This document shows, in pieces, positions 30,188-38,416 of a stretch of DNA of 64,000 bases. The notes beneath the pieces were generated by a model, which was not told the DNA's origin, made no database searches, and saw only the letters and a program-made list of their open reading frames with translations. Position 1 is the stretch's first letter; every line of letters begins with the position of its first letter. This DNA is from Candidatus Aminicenantes bacterium (lineage in GTDB: Bacteria; Acidobacteriota; Aminicenantia; Aminicenantales; JAFGBC01). Both the position numbers and the translations under genes were made by a program. Where the stretch lies: assembly GCA_963702005.1 (NCBI GenBank), contig OY969696.1, positions 352,001 to 416,000 of the forward strand. The letters are read 5' to 3'.

Positions 30188-31636
30188 ATGGCCAAGAAAA
30201 TCACGATCGAGCCCGTGACCCGGGTCGAAGGCCACGGAAAGGTCACCATCCACCTCGACGACCGGGGCCGGCTCAGCCAGTCCCGCTTCCACGTCGTCGA
30301 GTTCCGGGGCTTCGAACGCTTCGTCCAGGGGCGGCCCTACTGGGAAGCCCCCGTCCTCGTCCAGAGGCTGTGCGGGATCTGCCCCGTCAGCCACCATCTG
30401 GCGGCCGCCAAGGCCATGGACATCATCGTCGGTGCCGACCCGGACCGCCTCCCGGCGACGGCGCACAAGATGCGCCGCCTCATGCACTACGGGCAGATGC
30501 TCCAATCCCACGCCCTCCATTTCTTCCATCTCGTCTCTCCCGACCTCCTATTCGGTGTCGACGCCGACCCGGCCATTCGCAACATCGTCGGCGTCGCCCT
30601 CAAGCATAAGGACCTGGCCGTCCGGGGCGTCCTGCTCAGAAAATTCGGCCAAGAGATCATCCTGGCCACGGCCGGCAAGAAGATCCACGGCACGGGCGCC
30701 GTTCCGGGCGGCATCAACAAGAACCTGAGCCCCGAGGAGAGGGATTCCTTCCTCAAGGGCCCGGCCCCCCTCAACGCCGACACCATGATCGACTGGGCCC
30801 AAGGGGCCCTCGATTTCTTCAAGTCCTACCACAAGAAAAACCGGACCTTCATCGACGGCTTCGCCGCTTTCCCCTCGAATCACCTGAGCCTCGTCCGCAA
30901 GGACGGCGCGCTCGATTTCTACCACGGCGTCCTCCGGGCCGTCGACGCGAACGGAGATAAGGTCCTGGACGACGTCGACTACCGCGATTATCTCCGCTAC
31001 ATCGCCGAAGAGGTCCGGACCTGGAGCTATATGAAGTTCCCCTACCTCAAGTCGCTCGGGAAGGACAAGGGCTGGTACCGGGTCGGGCCGCTGGCGCGCC
31101 TCAGCACCTGCGACTTCATCCCCTCGCCCCGGGCCCAGAAGGAATTCGAGGAGTACCGGGCCTACACGCACGGCAAACCCAACTCGATGTCCCTCCACTC
31201 CCACTGGGCGCGCCTCATCGAACTCCTCCACTCCGCCGAGGTCGTCAAGGAGCTTCTCCTCGACAAGGACCTCCAGGGGACGACGCTGACCTACCGGGGC
31301 CCAAAGAGGGGCGAGGGCATCGGGCTGATCGAGGCGCCCCGAGGAACGCTCTTCCATCACTATCGCGTCGACGCCAACGACCAGATCACGATGGCCAACC
31401 TGATCGTCTCGACGACCAACAATAACGAGCCGATGAACCGGGCCGTCCACTGGGTCGCCCAGAACGTCCTCTCCGAAAAGCCCGCAATCACAGAGGGTAT
31501 GCTGAACCAGGTCGAGGTCGCCATCCGCGCCTACGATCCCTGCCTGAGCTGCGCGACCCACGCTGTGGGGTCCATGCCGCTCGAGGTCTCGATCGTCGAT
31601 CCGCGGGGCCGGGTATTGGATTGCCGAAGGCGATAG
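30188..31636 (+). CDS. hoxH: [NiFe] hydrogenase large subunit, group 3d-type
   Basis: RVEGH, L1 RLCGICPVSH, EAPRG.L.H.Y, L2 DPCLSCATH with cleavable C-terminal tail. Confidence 0.95.
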   Translation: MAKKITIEPVTRVEGHGKVTIHLDDRGRLSQSRFHVVEFRGFERFVQGRPYWEAPVLVQRLCGICPVSHHLAAAKAMDIIVGADPDRLPATAHKMRRLMHYGQMLQSHALHFFHLVSPDLLFGVDADPAIRNIVGVALKHKDLAVRGVLLRKFGQEIILATAGKKIHGTGAVPGGINKNLSPEERDSFLKGPAPLNADTMIDWAQGALDFFKSYHKKNRTFIDGFAAFPSNHLSLVRKDGALDFYHGVLRAVDANGDKVLDDVDYRDYLRYIAEEVRTWSYMKFPYLKSLGKDKGWYRVGPLARLSTCDFIPSPRAQKEFEEYRAYTHGKPNSMSLHSHWARLIELLHSAEVVKELLLDKDLQGTTLTYRGPKRGEGIGLIEAPRGTLFHHYRVDANDQITMANLIVSTTNNNEPMNRAVHWVAQNVLSEKPAITEGMLNQVEVAIRAYDPCLSCATHAVGSMPLEVSIVDPRGRVLDCRRR

Positions 31637-32145
31637 CCCCGTCACGAAAAACCGGAGCGGGGGCGAAGGCCCTTGTCTTCGGCATCGGGAACCCCGGGCG
31701 CCGTGACGACGGCCTGGGCCCGCGTTTCATCGACCGTTTGCGCGCCCTGAACCTCCCGGGCGTCGTGACCGACGCCAACTACCAGCTCCAGGTCGAGGAC
31801 GCCTTGACGGTCTCCCGCTTCGAGCGGGTCGTGTTCGTGGACGCGGCGCGGACGATCGCCGTCCCTTTCTTCATCAGCGAGGTCGCGCCCCGCGCGGAAT
31901 TCGCCTTCACGACCCACGCCCTTACGCCCGGAACCGTCCTTGCTCTCAGCCGGGAGCTCTACCGCAAAACACCAAGAACCCATCTCCTGGCCATCCGGGG
32001 GTATGAGTTCGACATCGGAGAGGGCCTGTCCGAGGGAGCCGAGCGGAATCTCGCCTCCGCCCTAGAACATCTGGCGGCCTTCATCACGAAGCGAAGGACC
32101 GCGCCGCCGCGGGCTGCTCGCGCCCGGACCCGGAAACCCCTATAA
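31621..32145 (+). CDS. Hydrogenase maturation protease (HoxW-like)
   Basis: GIGNP.R.DDG.G, VFVDA, TTH. Confidence 0.88.
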   Translation: MPKAIAPSRKTGAGAKALVFGIGNPGRRDDGLGPRFIDRLRALNLPGVVTDANYQLQVEDALTVSRFERVVFVDAARTIAVPFFISEVAPRAEFAFTTHALTPGTVLALSRELYRKTPRTHLLAIRGYEFDIGEGLSEGAERNLASALEHLAAFITKRRTAPPRAARARTRKPL

Positions 32146-32165
32146 TAAGCCTCGAGGACACCGCC

Positions 32166-32894
32166 ATGAGCCGAAGAAAGCCGCCCCTTCCCGCCAAGCC
32201 GCGCGCCGCCGCCAAGGCCCCGGGCGGGCCCCGAAAAAAGGAAATCCTCGTCCGCGAGGAGATCCTGGGCACAAACCGCAAGGTCGCCGCCGAGCTGCGG
32301 AAACGATTCGAGGAGAGCGGCATCCTGGCCGTCAACATGATCAGCTCGCCGGGCGCGGGAAAGACCTCCTTGCTCGAGGCGCTGGCCGACCGACTCCGGG
32401 ACCGGTTCAAGATGGCCGTCATCGAGGGCGATATCGAGACCGAGCGGGACGCCGAACGGGTCCGCCGCAAGGGCGTGGCGGCCTGGCAGATCACAACCGG
32501 AGGCGCCTGCCATCTCGAAGCCAAGATGGTCGGCAAGGTCTTTCCCTCGCTGCCCGCCGGCATCGACCTCCTCTTCATCGAAAACGTCGGCAACCTTGTC
32601 TGCCCCGCCAGCTTCGACCTCGGCGAGTCTCTCCGTCTGGTCATCCTCTCGGCCCCCGAGGGCGACGATAAGCCCAAGAAGTACCCGGAGGCCTTCCTGT
32701 CCGCCGATGTCCTCGTCATCAGCAAGGCCGATCTCTTTCCCCATCTCGCCTTCGATCCCGACCGGGCCGCCCGCGAGGCCCTGGACATCAATCCCGGACT
32801 GCGGGTTTTCGTCACCTCCGCCCTGACGGGCCGGGGTCTGCCCGAGTTCGTCGATTTCCTGGCCGCCCGGCTCGCCGCCCGCCGCCATGCATGA
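32166..32894 (+). CDS. hypB: Hydrogenase nickel incorporation GTPase
   Basis: SSPGAGKT, IEGD, TGGACHL, ENVGNLVCPA.FDLGE, EGDDKP.KYP. Confidence 0.95.
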   Translation: MSRRKPPLPAKPRAAAKAPGGPRKKEILVREEILGTNRKVAAELRKRFEESGILAVNMISSPGAGKTSLLEALADRLRDRFKMAVIEGDIETERDAERVRRKGVAAWQITTGGACHLEAKMVGKVFPSLPAGIDLLFIENVGNLVCPASFDLGESLRLVILSAPEGDDKPKKYPEAFLSADVLVISKADLFPHLAFDPDRAAREALDINPGLRVFVTSALTGRGLPEFVDFLAARLAARRHA

Positions 32895-33231
32895 GCTGTC
32901 CCTGGTCGCGAACCTGTTCGAGATTATCGAACGCCACGCCAAGGACCAGAAGCCCAAGGCGGTGACCCGGGTCCGGATCAAAGTCGGCCGGATGTCCGGG
33001 GTCGTCCCCGAACTTCTCGAGACGGCATTCGACGCTTACAAAAAAGGAACCTTGGCCGAGGACGCCCGGCTCGAGATCGTCCACGTTCCGGTCAAGGCCC
33101 GCTGCCGATCCTGCCGGAGGATCTTCCGGCCCGTCCCGGACGACTTCGCCTGCCCGCACTGCGGCTCCGATCGCTGGAAGCTTCTGGAAGGGACGGACCT
33201 CGTCCTGGAAAAAATCGAGTTGGAGATTTAG
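32887..33231 (+). CDS. hypA: Hydrogenase maturation nickel metallochaperone
   Basis: MHELS, CRSC...CPHC, G.DL. Confidence 0.95.
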   Translation: MHELSLVANLFEIIERHAKDQKPKAVTRVRIKVGRMSGVVPELLETAFDAYKKGTLAEDARLEIVHVPVKARCRSCRRIFRPVPDDFACPHCGSDRWKLLEGTDLVLEKIELEI

Positions 33232-33992
33232 CTGATCTCGCCCGTCAAGTAGGCTCGCGTCCGCGGGTCTTTGGCGTTGGCGAAGATATCCGGGGCGGGG
33301 CCGTGCTCGACGAGCTCTCCCAAATAGAGGAAGACGATGTAGTCGGCGATCCGCCGCGCCTGGCGCAGGATGTGGGTCACGACGACGACCGTGTAATCCT
33401 TCTTAAGCTCGATGAGGCGGCGTTCGACATGCTGGCTGGACTGGGGGTCCAGGGCCGAGGTCGGCTCATCGCCCAGGATGATCTCGGGCTCGACGGCCAG
33501 CCCCCGCGCCAGGCAGAGCCGCTGCTGCTGGCCGACCGAGAGGCGGGAGGCCGGATGGTGGAGCCGGTCCTTGACTTCCTCCCAGAGCCCGGCGGCGCCC
33601 AGATAATTCCGGACGATGAAGTCGAGCGTCTTCCGGTCCCGATTGCCGTGGATGCGGGGTCCGTAGGCAATGTTGTCGTAGATGGACATGGGCAGGACCT
33701 GGGGCTTCTGGGAGAGGAGGCCCATTTTCTTCCGGATGTGGGTGATCTCGACCTTGGGGCCGTAAATGTCCTCTCCGTCGACGAGGACCTCGCCCTCGAC
33801 CCGGACCTCGTCGACGTGGTCGAGAAGGCGGTTCATGGATTTGAGGAGGGTCGTCTTGCCGCAGCCCGAGGGTCCGATGATGGCCGTGATCTTCCGGTCG
33901 GGAATGTCCAGCGAGACGTCCTTAAGGACCTGGAGATCCCCGTAGTAGACGCTGAGATTCCTGAGGCTGAGGTGGCTCTGGGCATCCATCAT
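33228..33992 (-). CDS. PstB-like ABC transporter ATPase
   Basis: GPSGCGKTT, SIYDN.AYGP, LSVGQQQRLC.AR, DEPTSALDP, VTH, T..Y.TG. Confidence 0.88.
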   Translation of the reverse strand: MMDAQSHLSLRNLSVYYGDLQVLKDVSLDIPDRKITAIIGPSGCGKTTLLKSMNRLLDHVDEVRVEGEVLVDGEDIYGPKVEITHIRKKMGLLSQKPQVLPMSIYDNIAYGPRIHGNRDRKTLDFIVRNYLGAAGLWEEVKDRLHHPASRLSVGQQQRLCLARGLAVEPEIILGDEPTSALDPQSSQHVERRLIELKKDYTVVVVTHILRQARRIADYIVFLYLGELVEHGPAPDIFANAKDPRTRAYLTGEIS

Positions 33993-34005
33993 GACTGCGG
34001 ACCTC

Positions 34006-34857
34006 TCATCGAATGACGTGCTTCGTGTATCGGCGGCTCAGGAGCCGGGCCAGGACGCTGATCAAAAGAATCAGGATGGTCAGGATAGCCGCCGAGGCAT
34101 AAGCTCTCTGCCGGACCTCGGGGAAGGGCGTGCCGAGTTGGAAGAAAATGGCCAGGGGGAGGGTCGCGGCCGGCTGGCCGAGCGACGTCGGAATCCTGTC
34201 CGTGAATCCGGCCGTGAAGAGGACCGAGGCGGCGTCCCCGATACCGCGGCCGAGGGCGATCAGGATCCCGGTCAGGATCCCGGGCAGGCACTGACGGAGG
34301 ATGACCTTGAGGGACGTTTCGAGCCGGGTCGCCCCCAAGGAGTAGGAAGCTTCCTTGAGCTCCCGGGGGACCAACCGGATGACCTCGTCGATGGCCCTGC
34401 TCATGATCGGGATCTCGAGCAGGGCGACCGTGATGATCCCGGCCCCGAGGGAGGCTCTCATCCGCAAGAAAACCATCAGGACGAACCCGAACGCGCCGTA
34501 GACGATGGACGGAATCCCCCACAGAACGTCGAACGAAAACCGGGTCAGGGCGGCCAGGCGGGACCGCTTCCGGCAGTAGACGTTGAGGAAGATGACGACG
34601 GGCAAGCTCGCGAGGCCGGCCAGGGCCGTGGCGCCCAAAGCGAGGTAGAGGGAGCCGAGGATCGCGTTGAGGATCCCGCCTTCCTTTCCCAGGTAATAGC
34701 CCCCCTTGGGGGTCTTGGTGATCATGGACAGGTTCAAGGCCGGCAGGCCCTTCCAGATGACGGTCGCGGTGATGAGGAGAAGGCTCCCGATGACGAGGGC
34801 GGTCGAGGCGATCATCAGCGTTTTCCAGATGTCCTCGACCAGCTTCCGCCTGTTCAT
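34006..34857 (-). CDS. PstA-like ABC permease
   Basis: GGI.NAI.GS, GIPSIVYG.FG, EAS..LGAT, GR.IG..A..LFTAG. Confidence 0.87.
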   Translation of the reverse strand: MNRRKLVEDIWKTLMIASTALVIGSLLLITATVIWKGLPALNLSMITKTPKGGYYLGKEGGILNAILGSLYLALGATALAGLASLPVVIFLNVYCRKRSRLAALTRFSFDVLWGIPSIVYGAFGFVLMVFLRMRASLGAGIITVALLEIPIMSRAIDEVIRLVPRELKEASYSLGATRLETSLKVILRQCLPGILTGILIALGRGIGDAASVLFTAGFTDRIPTSLGQPAATLPLAIFFQLGTPFPEVRQRAYASAAILTILILLISVLARLLSRRYTKHVIR

Positions 34858-35735
34858 TCGGCCCTCCTTTCGGCACGGACCAGGAACCAGCGGGCCAGGA
34901 CGTTGAAGACCAGGACGACGAGGAGGAGGACCAGGGCCGCCAGCATGAGGGCGGAATCGTAAAGCGGCACGGACATCATCTCCCCGTAGTTGTTGGCGAT
35001 CAGGGCCGGCAACGGATAGCCGGCGTCGAAGACGGACTTGGGCACGACCGGAACGTTCCCGACGACCATCAGGACGGCCATCGTCTCGCCGAAGGCGCGC
35101 GAGAGGCCCAGGACGCCGGCCGCGATGATCCCCTGCGAGCCCTTGCGCAGGACGACGTGGCGGGTCGTCTCCCAACGGGTCGCGCCCAAGGACAGGGAGG
35201 CCTCGCGGAGGGGGAAGGGAATGGCCGAGAAAACCTCGAGGGCGACATGAATGATCGTCGGGAAGATCATGATGGCCAGGACGATGCCGCCCGACAGGAT
35301 GGAGTACCCGCTCGAGTACTGCCCGAAGGCGGGGGCGATCCGGCGGACCAGGGGGACGATGAGCAGGATGCCCCAGACGCCGAAGATGACCGAGGGGATG
35401 CCGGCCAGGAGGTCGATGAGAGGCTTGGCGAGCTCCCGGAAGCCGCGGGGCGCGTACTCGGACAGATAGATGGCCGTCAGCAAAGAGATCGGGATGGCGA
35501 TGACCAGGGCGACGGCCGTGACCCAGAGCGTCCCCATCAGGAAGGGAAACAGGCCGAACTCCCCGCGCAGAGGGTGCCAGCCCGATGAGAAGAGCAGGCC
35601 GGTGAAGGACTTGAGGGCCAGGATGACCCTCGACTTCTGGAACAGTCCGAAGAGCATCAGGGCGACGAGAACGGTCGGCAGCACGGTCATGATGAACATG
35701 ACCGTGCGACCGGCTTGCTCTTTGAAAATTCTCAA
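34854..35735 (-). CDS. PstC-like ABC permease
   Basis: AIYLSEYA, LLAGIPSV.FG.WG, EAS.SLGAT.W.T, RAFGETMAV.MV.GN. Confidence 0.9.
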   Translation of the reverse strand: MRIFKEQAGRTVMFIMTVLPTVLVALMLFGLFQKSRVILALKSFTGLLFSSGWHPLRGEFGLFPFLMGTLWVTAVALVIAIPISLLTAIYLSEYAPRGFRELAKPLIDLLAGIPSVIFGVWGILLIVPLVRRIAPAFGQYSSGYSILSGGIVLAIMIFPTIIHVALEVFSAIPFPLREASLSLGATRWETTRHVVLRKGSQGIIAAGVLGLSRAFGETMAVLMVVGNVPVVPKSVFDAGYPLPALIANNYGEMMSVPLYDSALMLAALVLLLVVLVFNVLARWFLVRAERRAE

Positions 35736-35754
35736 ACGGCGCTCTTCGCTTTCT

Positions 35755-36720
35755 TTATTTTTCGACTCCGATCCGGGTGAGCCCGTCCTTGAGCTTGTCC
35801 GGGCTGAGGTTGATATAGCCCGTCTCGGGGACGTATTTCTGTCCCTCGGTCAGAACCCAGCGGACGAACTCGACGAGGGCCGGCTTGACCGGTTTTCCCT
35901 TGGTCACGAAATAGAGATCCCGGGCCGGGGGGGACGGAAAGACGTTTTGGGCGATGGCCTTGGTTAGGTCGTCGCGGGTCGCATAAACGGCCTCGGCGGG
36001 CTCGATGACGCCGTTCCCGTTGAGGTCGAGCGGGCAGATGGCGATGCCCTCGATCGGCCTTAATGTCTTCGCGTCATAAGCGTAGTTGACGTTGTTGAAG
36101 CCCACGCTGAGCTGCTCGCGACTGACGGCGTCGGCCAGCCCGGGGTCGCCGTAGACGCCGATCCCGGTCAAGTCCTCCTGGCGCTTGCCCAGATAGGCGG
36201 CCCAAGTATCGGCCGCCCCGCAGGCGTCCGAACGGGTGAAGACGCGGATGGGGGTTTTGTCCGACGTGCCCAACAGATCGCCCCAGGTTTTGACGACGCC
36301 CGTGATCCAGATCCCGACGAACTCGTCGCGCTTGACGCCTCTCTTGAGGAGATCCTTGAGGAAGGGGTTCTGGGCGTTGACGGTGGGGATGACGGCATCC
36401 TTGGTCACGGCGATGGCGAAAGCGCCCTTCTCGACCTCGACCGGCTGGATTTCGCGGGAAACCATGCCGACATCGACCATGCCGGCCACGGCGTCGGCGA
36501 GCCCCTTGCCCGCCCCGCCGGCCTGGACGTCGATCTTGACTTGGGGACAAATCTTCTGGAATTCTTCCACCCACTTGACGGCCATCGGGTAGAGAGCCCA
36601 GGCCCCGGACAGGGAGAGATTCCCCGAAATCTCCGTTTTCTGGGCGGCCCCCAACGAGGGGCCGGCGATCATCGTCGCCGCCCAGAGGAGCAAGAGACCG
36701 AAAGCCATGCGTCTGTTCAT
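35755..36720 (-). CDS. PstS-fold periplasmic substrate-binding protein with atypical binding site
   Basis: Signal peptide; SGAWALYP, GGAGKG, GMVSRE, TRSDACGAA; position in pstSCAB-like operon. Confidence 0.8.
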   Translation of the reverse strand: MNRRMAFGLLLLWAATMIAGPSLGAAQKTEISGNLSLSGAWALYPMAVKWVEEFQKICPQVKIDVQAGGAGKGLADAVAGMVDVGMVSREIQPVEVEKGAFAIAVTKDAVIPTVNAQNPFLKDLLKRGVKRDEFVGIWITGVVKTWGDLLGTSDKTPIRVFTRSDACGAADTWAAYLGKRQEDLTGIGVYGDPGLADAVSREQLSVGFNNVNYAYDAKTLRPIEGIAICPLDLNGNGVIEPAEAVYATRDDLTKAIAQNVFPSPPARDLYFVTKGKPVKPALVEFVRWVLTEGQKYVPETGYINLSPDKLKDGLTRIGVEK

Positions 36721-36740
36721 GTCTATCCTCCGATTATAAC

Positions 36741-37751
36741 TCAGAAACCGGCCTGGAGCTGGACGAGGAAGGCCGAGTTGTCCGTCTTTCCGCCTTCAAG
36801 TTTATAGAGCTCGTAGTTGACCTGAAGCTTGGATTTCGCCGTGAAGAACCAGTTCACGCCCACCGTCCACAGGTTCATCCGGTTATCGGCTATGTTGCGG
36901 TCCTTGTCGTAGGCATCGACCTTGAGAACGGCCTGGAGCTTCTTGGGCATCAGGAACCAGCCGCCCTGGACATACCAGCCCGACCTTTCGAGCTCATCGT
37001 CCTTGGCGAAGATGTACTCGCTCTTGAGGGAGAACGGGTCGTGGAGGACGGCCAGCTCAAGGCCGGTCCTGTTGCGGTCGTAAGCGGGCGACCCGGTCGC
37101 GAGGCTCGTCCGGCCCTTATAAACAGCGGCCCCCAAGGCCAGGAACTCGACGGGACGGACGACGAGCCGGCCGGCGAAGTCTTTCTCGCTGTTGTTGTCC
37201 TTGGTGTCGATCCCCGCGCCGTTGAAGACGCCGAGCGTATATTCGACGATGGACCACTTCCCGAACAGGGCGGCGCCGATATCGCGTCCGTTCGACTTGT
37301 TGTCCCGGCCCGGAGCGAGCTTCTCTTCGGGCTGGGAACGATTGATGGTGTCGAGGTCGGCGCTCGAGGTCAGGTTCTCCATGCTGAAGGGAACCTTGAA
37401 CTGGCCGACCCGCAGCCCGGCCTCGGGGCAGAACTTGAACTCGACCAGGGCGTCGAGGACGACGGGGCTCTTGACGGCGTCGACCTGGATCTTGTAGTTG
37501 ACGTTCTTGAACAGCTCGCCGCTCAGCGAAAACCGGATGCGGCGGGCGCTGAAGCTGTCGACGCCCTTATCCCAGGCCGTGTACCCGAACTGGCTGAATC
37601 CGGTCAGCTTGAAGGGCGCGGCCGCGACCACGGGAGACGGCTCCTTTTTATCCTGGCCGGGAACCGCCCCGGGTAAGGCCAGAAACCCGATGATCAAGCC
37701 CAAGGCGGCGGCCGCCTTGAAGCTTCTCTTGAAGACGATGTTCGTTGTCAT
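36741..37751 (-). CDS. OprO/OprP-like anion-selective porin
   Basis: Signal peptide; F..RR.R..L.G, GQFKVPFS.E, RDIG, G.FNG.G, C-terminal Phe. Confidence 0.8.
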   Translation of the reverse strand: MTTNIVFKRSFKAAAALGLIIGFLALPGAVPGQDKKEPSPVVAAAPFKLTGFSQFGYTAWDKGVDSFSARRIRFSLSGELFKNVNYKIQVDAVKSPVVLDALVEFKFCPEAGLRVGQFKVPFSMENLTSSADLDTINRSQPEEKLAPGRDNKSNGRDIGAALFGKWSIVEYTLGVFNGAGIDTKDNNSEKDFAGRLVVRPVEFLALGAAVYKGRTSLATGSPAYDRNRTGLELAVLHDPFSLKSEYIFAKDDELERSGWYVQGGWFLMPKKLQAVLKVDAYDKDRNIADNRMNLWTVGVNWFFTAKSKLQVNYELYKLEGGKTDNSAFLVQLQAGF

Positions 37752-37841
37752 GGCAGACAAACTCCTTCCTTTCCTGTTGTCCTGTCTCGCTCCGGCCCGC
37801 GCGCTCGGCCGCGAACGATCCGATCTATGGCGAAAGATCTT

Positions 37842-38267
37842 TCAGCGCCGTTTATGCTTGGTCCGGCGAACCAAATCCTCGAAGGTCGTCCTCTCCAGGA
37901 TTTGGGCCACAGAGTCCCGGACCTCCTTCCAAAGCCAACGCAGCCCGCAGCTGTCCTCCATGGGACACGCTTCGTGGGCCATCACCGAAACGCAGTCGAT
38001 CGGGGCCAGCGGTCCGTCCATGACCCGGATGACCTCGGCGACCGAAATGGCCGAGGGCGGTTTGGCCAGGGCGTACCCCCCCTGGTGGCCTTTCCGGCTC
38101 TTGAGGTAGCCCGCCCTCTTGAGGAGGAGCAGGATCTGCTCCAAGAACCGTTCCGGGATGTGCTGCGCCTCGGAGATGTCCTTGATGTGGAGCGGGCCTT
38201 CGCCATAACGGAGGGAGAGCTCGAGCATGGCCCGGCTCGCGTACTCGCCTTTCGTTGACAACCTCAT
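37842..38267 (-). CDS. Rrf2 family transcriptional regulator with three C-terminal Cys
   Basis: LSTKGEYA.RA, FLEQIL..LK..G...S.KG..GGY.L, C-x8-C-x5-C. Confidence 0.92.
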   Translation of the reverse strand: MRLSTKGEYASRAMLELSLRYGEGPLHIKDISEAQHIPERFLEQILLLLKRAGYLKSRKGHQGGYALAKPPSAISVAEVIRVMDGPLAPIDCVSVMAHEACPMEDSCGLRWLWKEVRDSVAQILERTTFEDLVRRTKHKRR

Positions 38268-38280
38268 GGCTTCGTTGCTC

Positions 38281-38337
38281 TTAGTCGACTAACTCAATAG
38301 ACTAACTCATATAACAGAAATCCGGCGGGCTTGTCAA
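38281..38337 (-). promoter_or_regulatory. Rrf2 operon promoter and candidate IscR-type operator
   Basis: TTGACA (38337-32); 25-bp TTAGTCTATTGAGTTAGTCGACTAA (38305-38281); GACTAACTCA direct repeat at 38287 and 38300. Confidence 0.7.
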
Positions 38338-38416
38338 GCTTTTTTTTGATTTCTTTGTCACTTCATTTTAAGGGAAGTCCGGCTATAATAAGATGAAAAT
38401 GAACAGGAGGTCCCCC

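Noticed and set aside
30188-31636. [NiFeSe] hydrogenase or selenocysteine recoding
   Set aside because: L2 motif is DPCLSC with Cys codons; no in-frame TGA in Hox or DUF1573 genes.
38270-38345. Pho box upstream of the pst-like operon
   Set aside because: The direct repeat has a 13-nt period and GACTAACTCA sequence, not the 11-nt-period CTGTCAT repeat.
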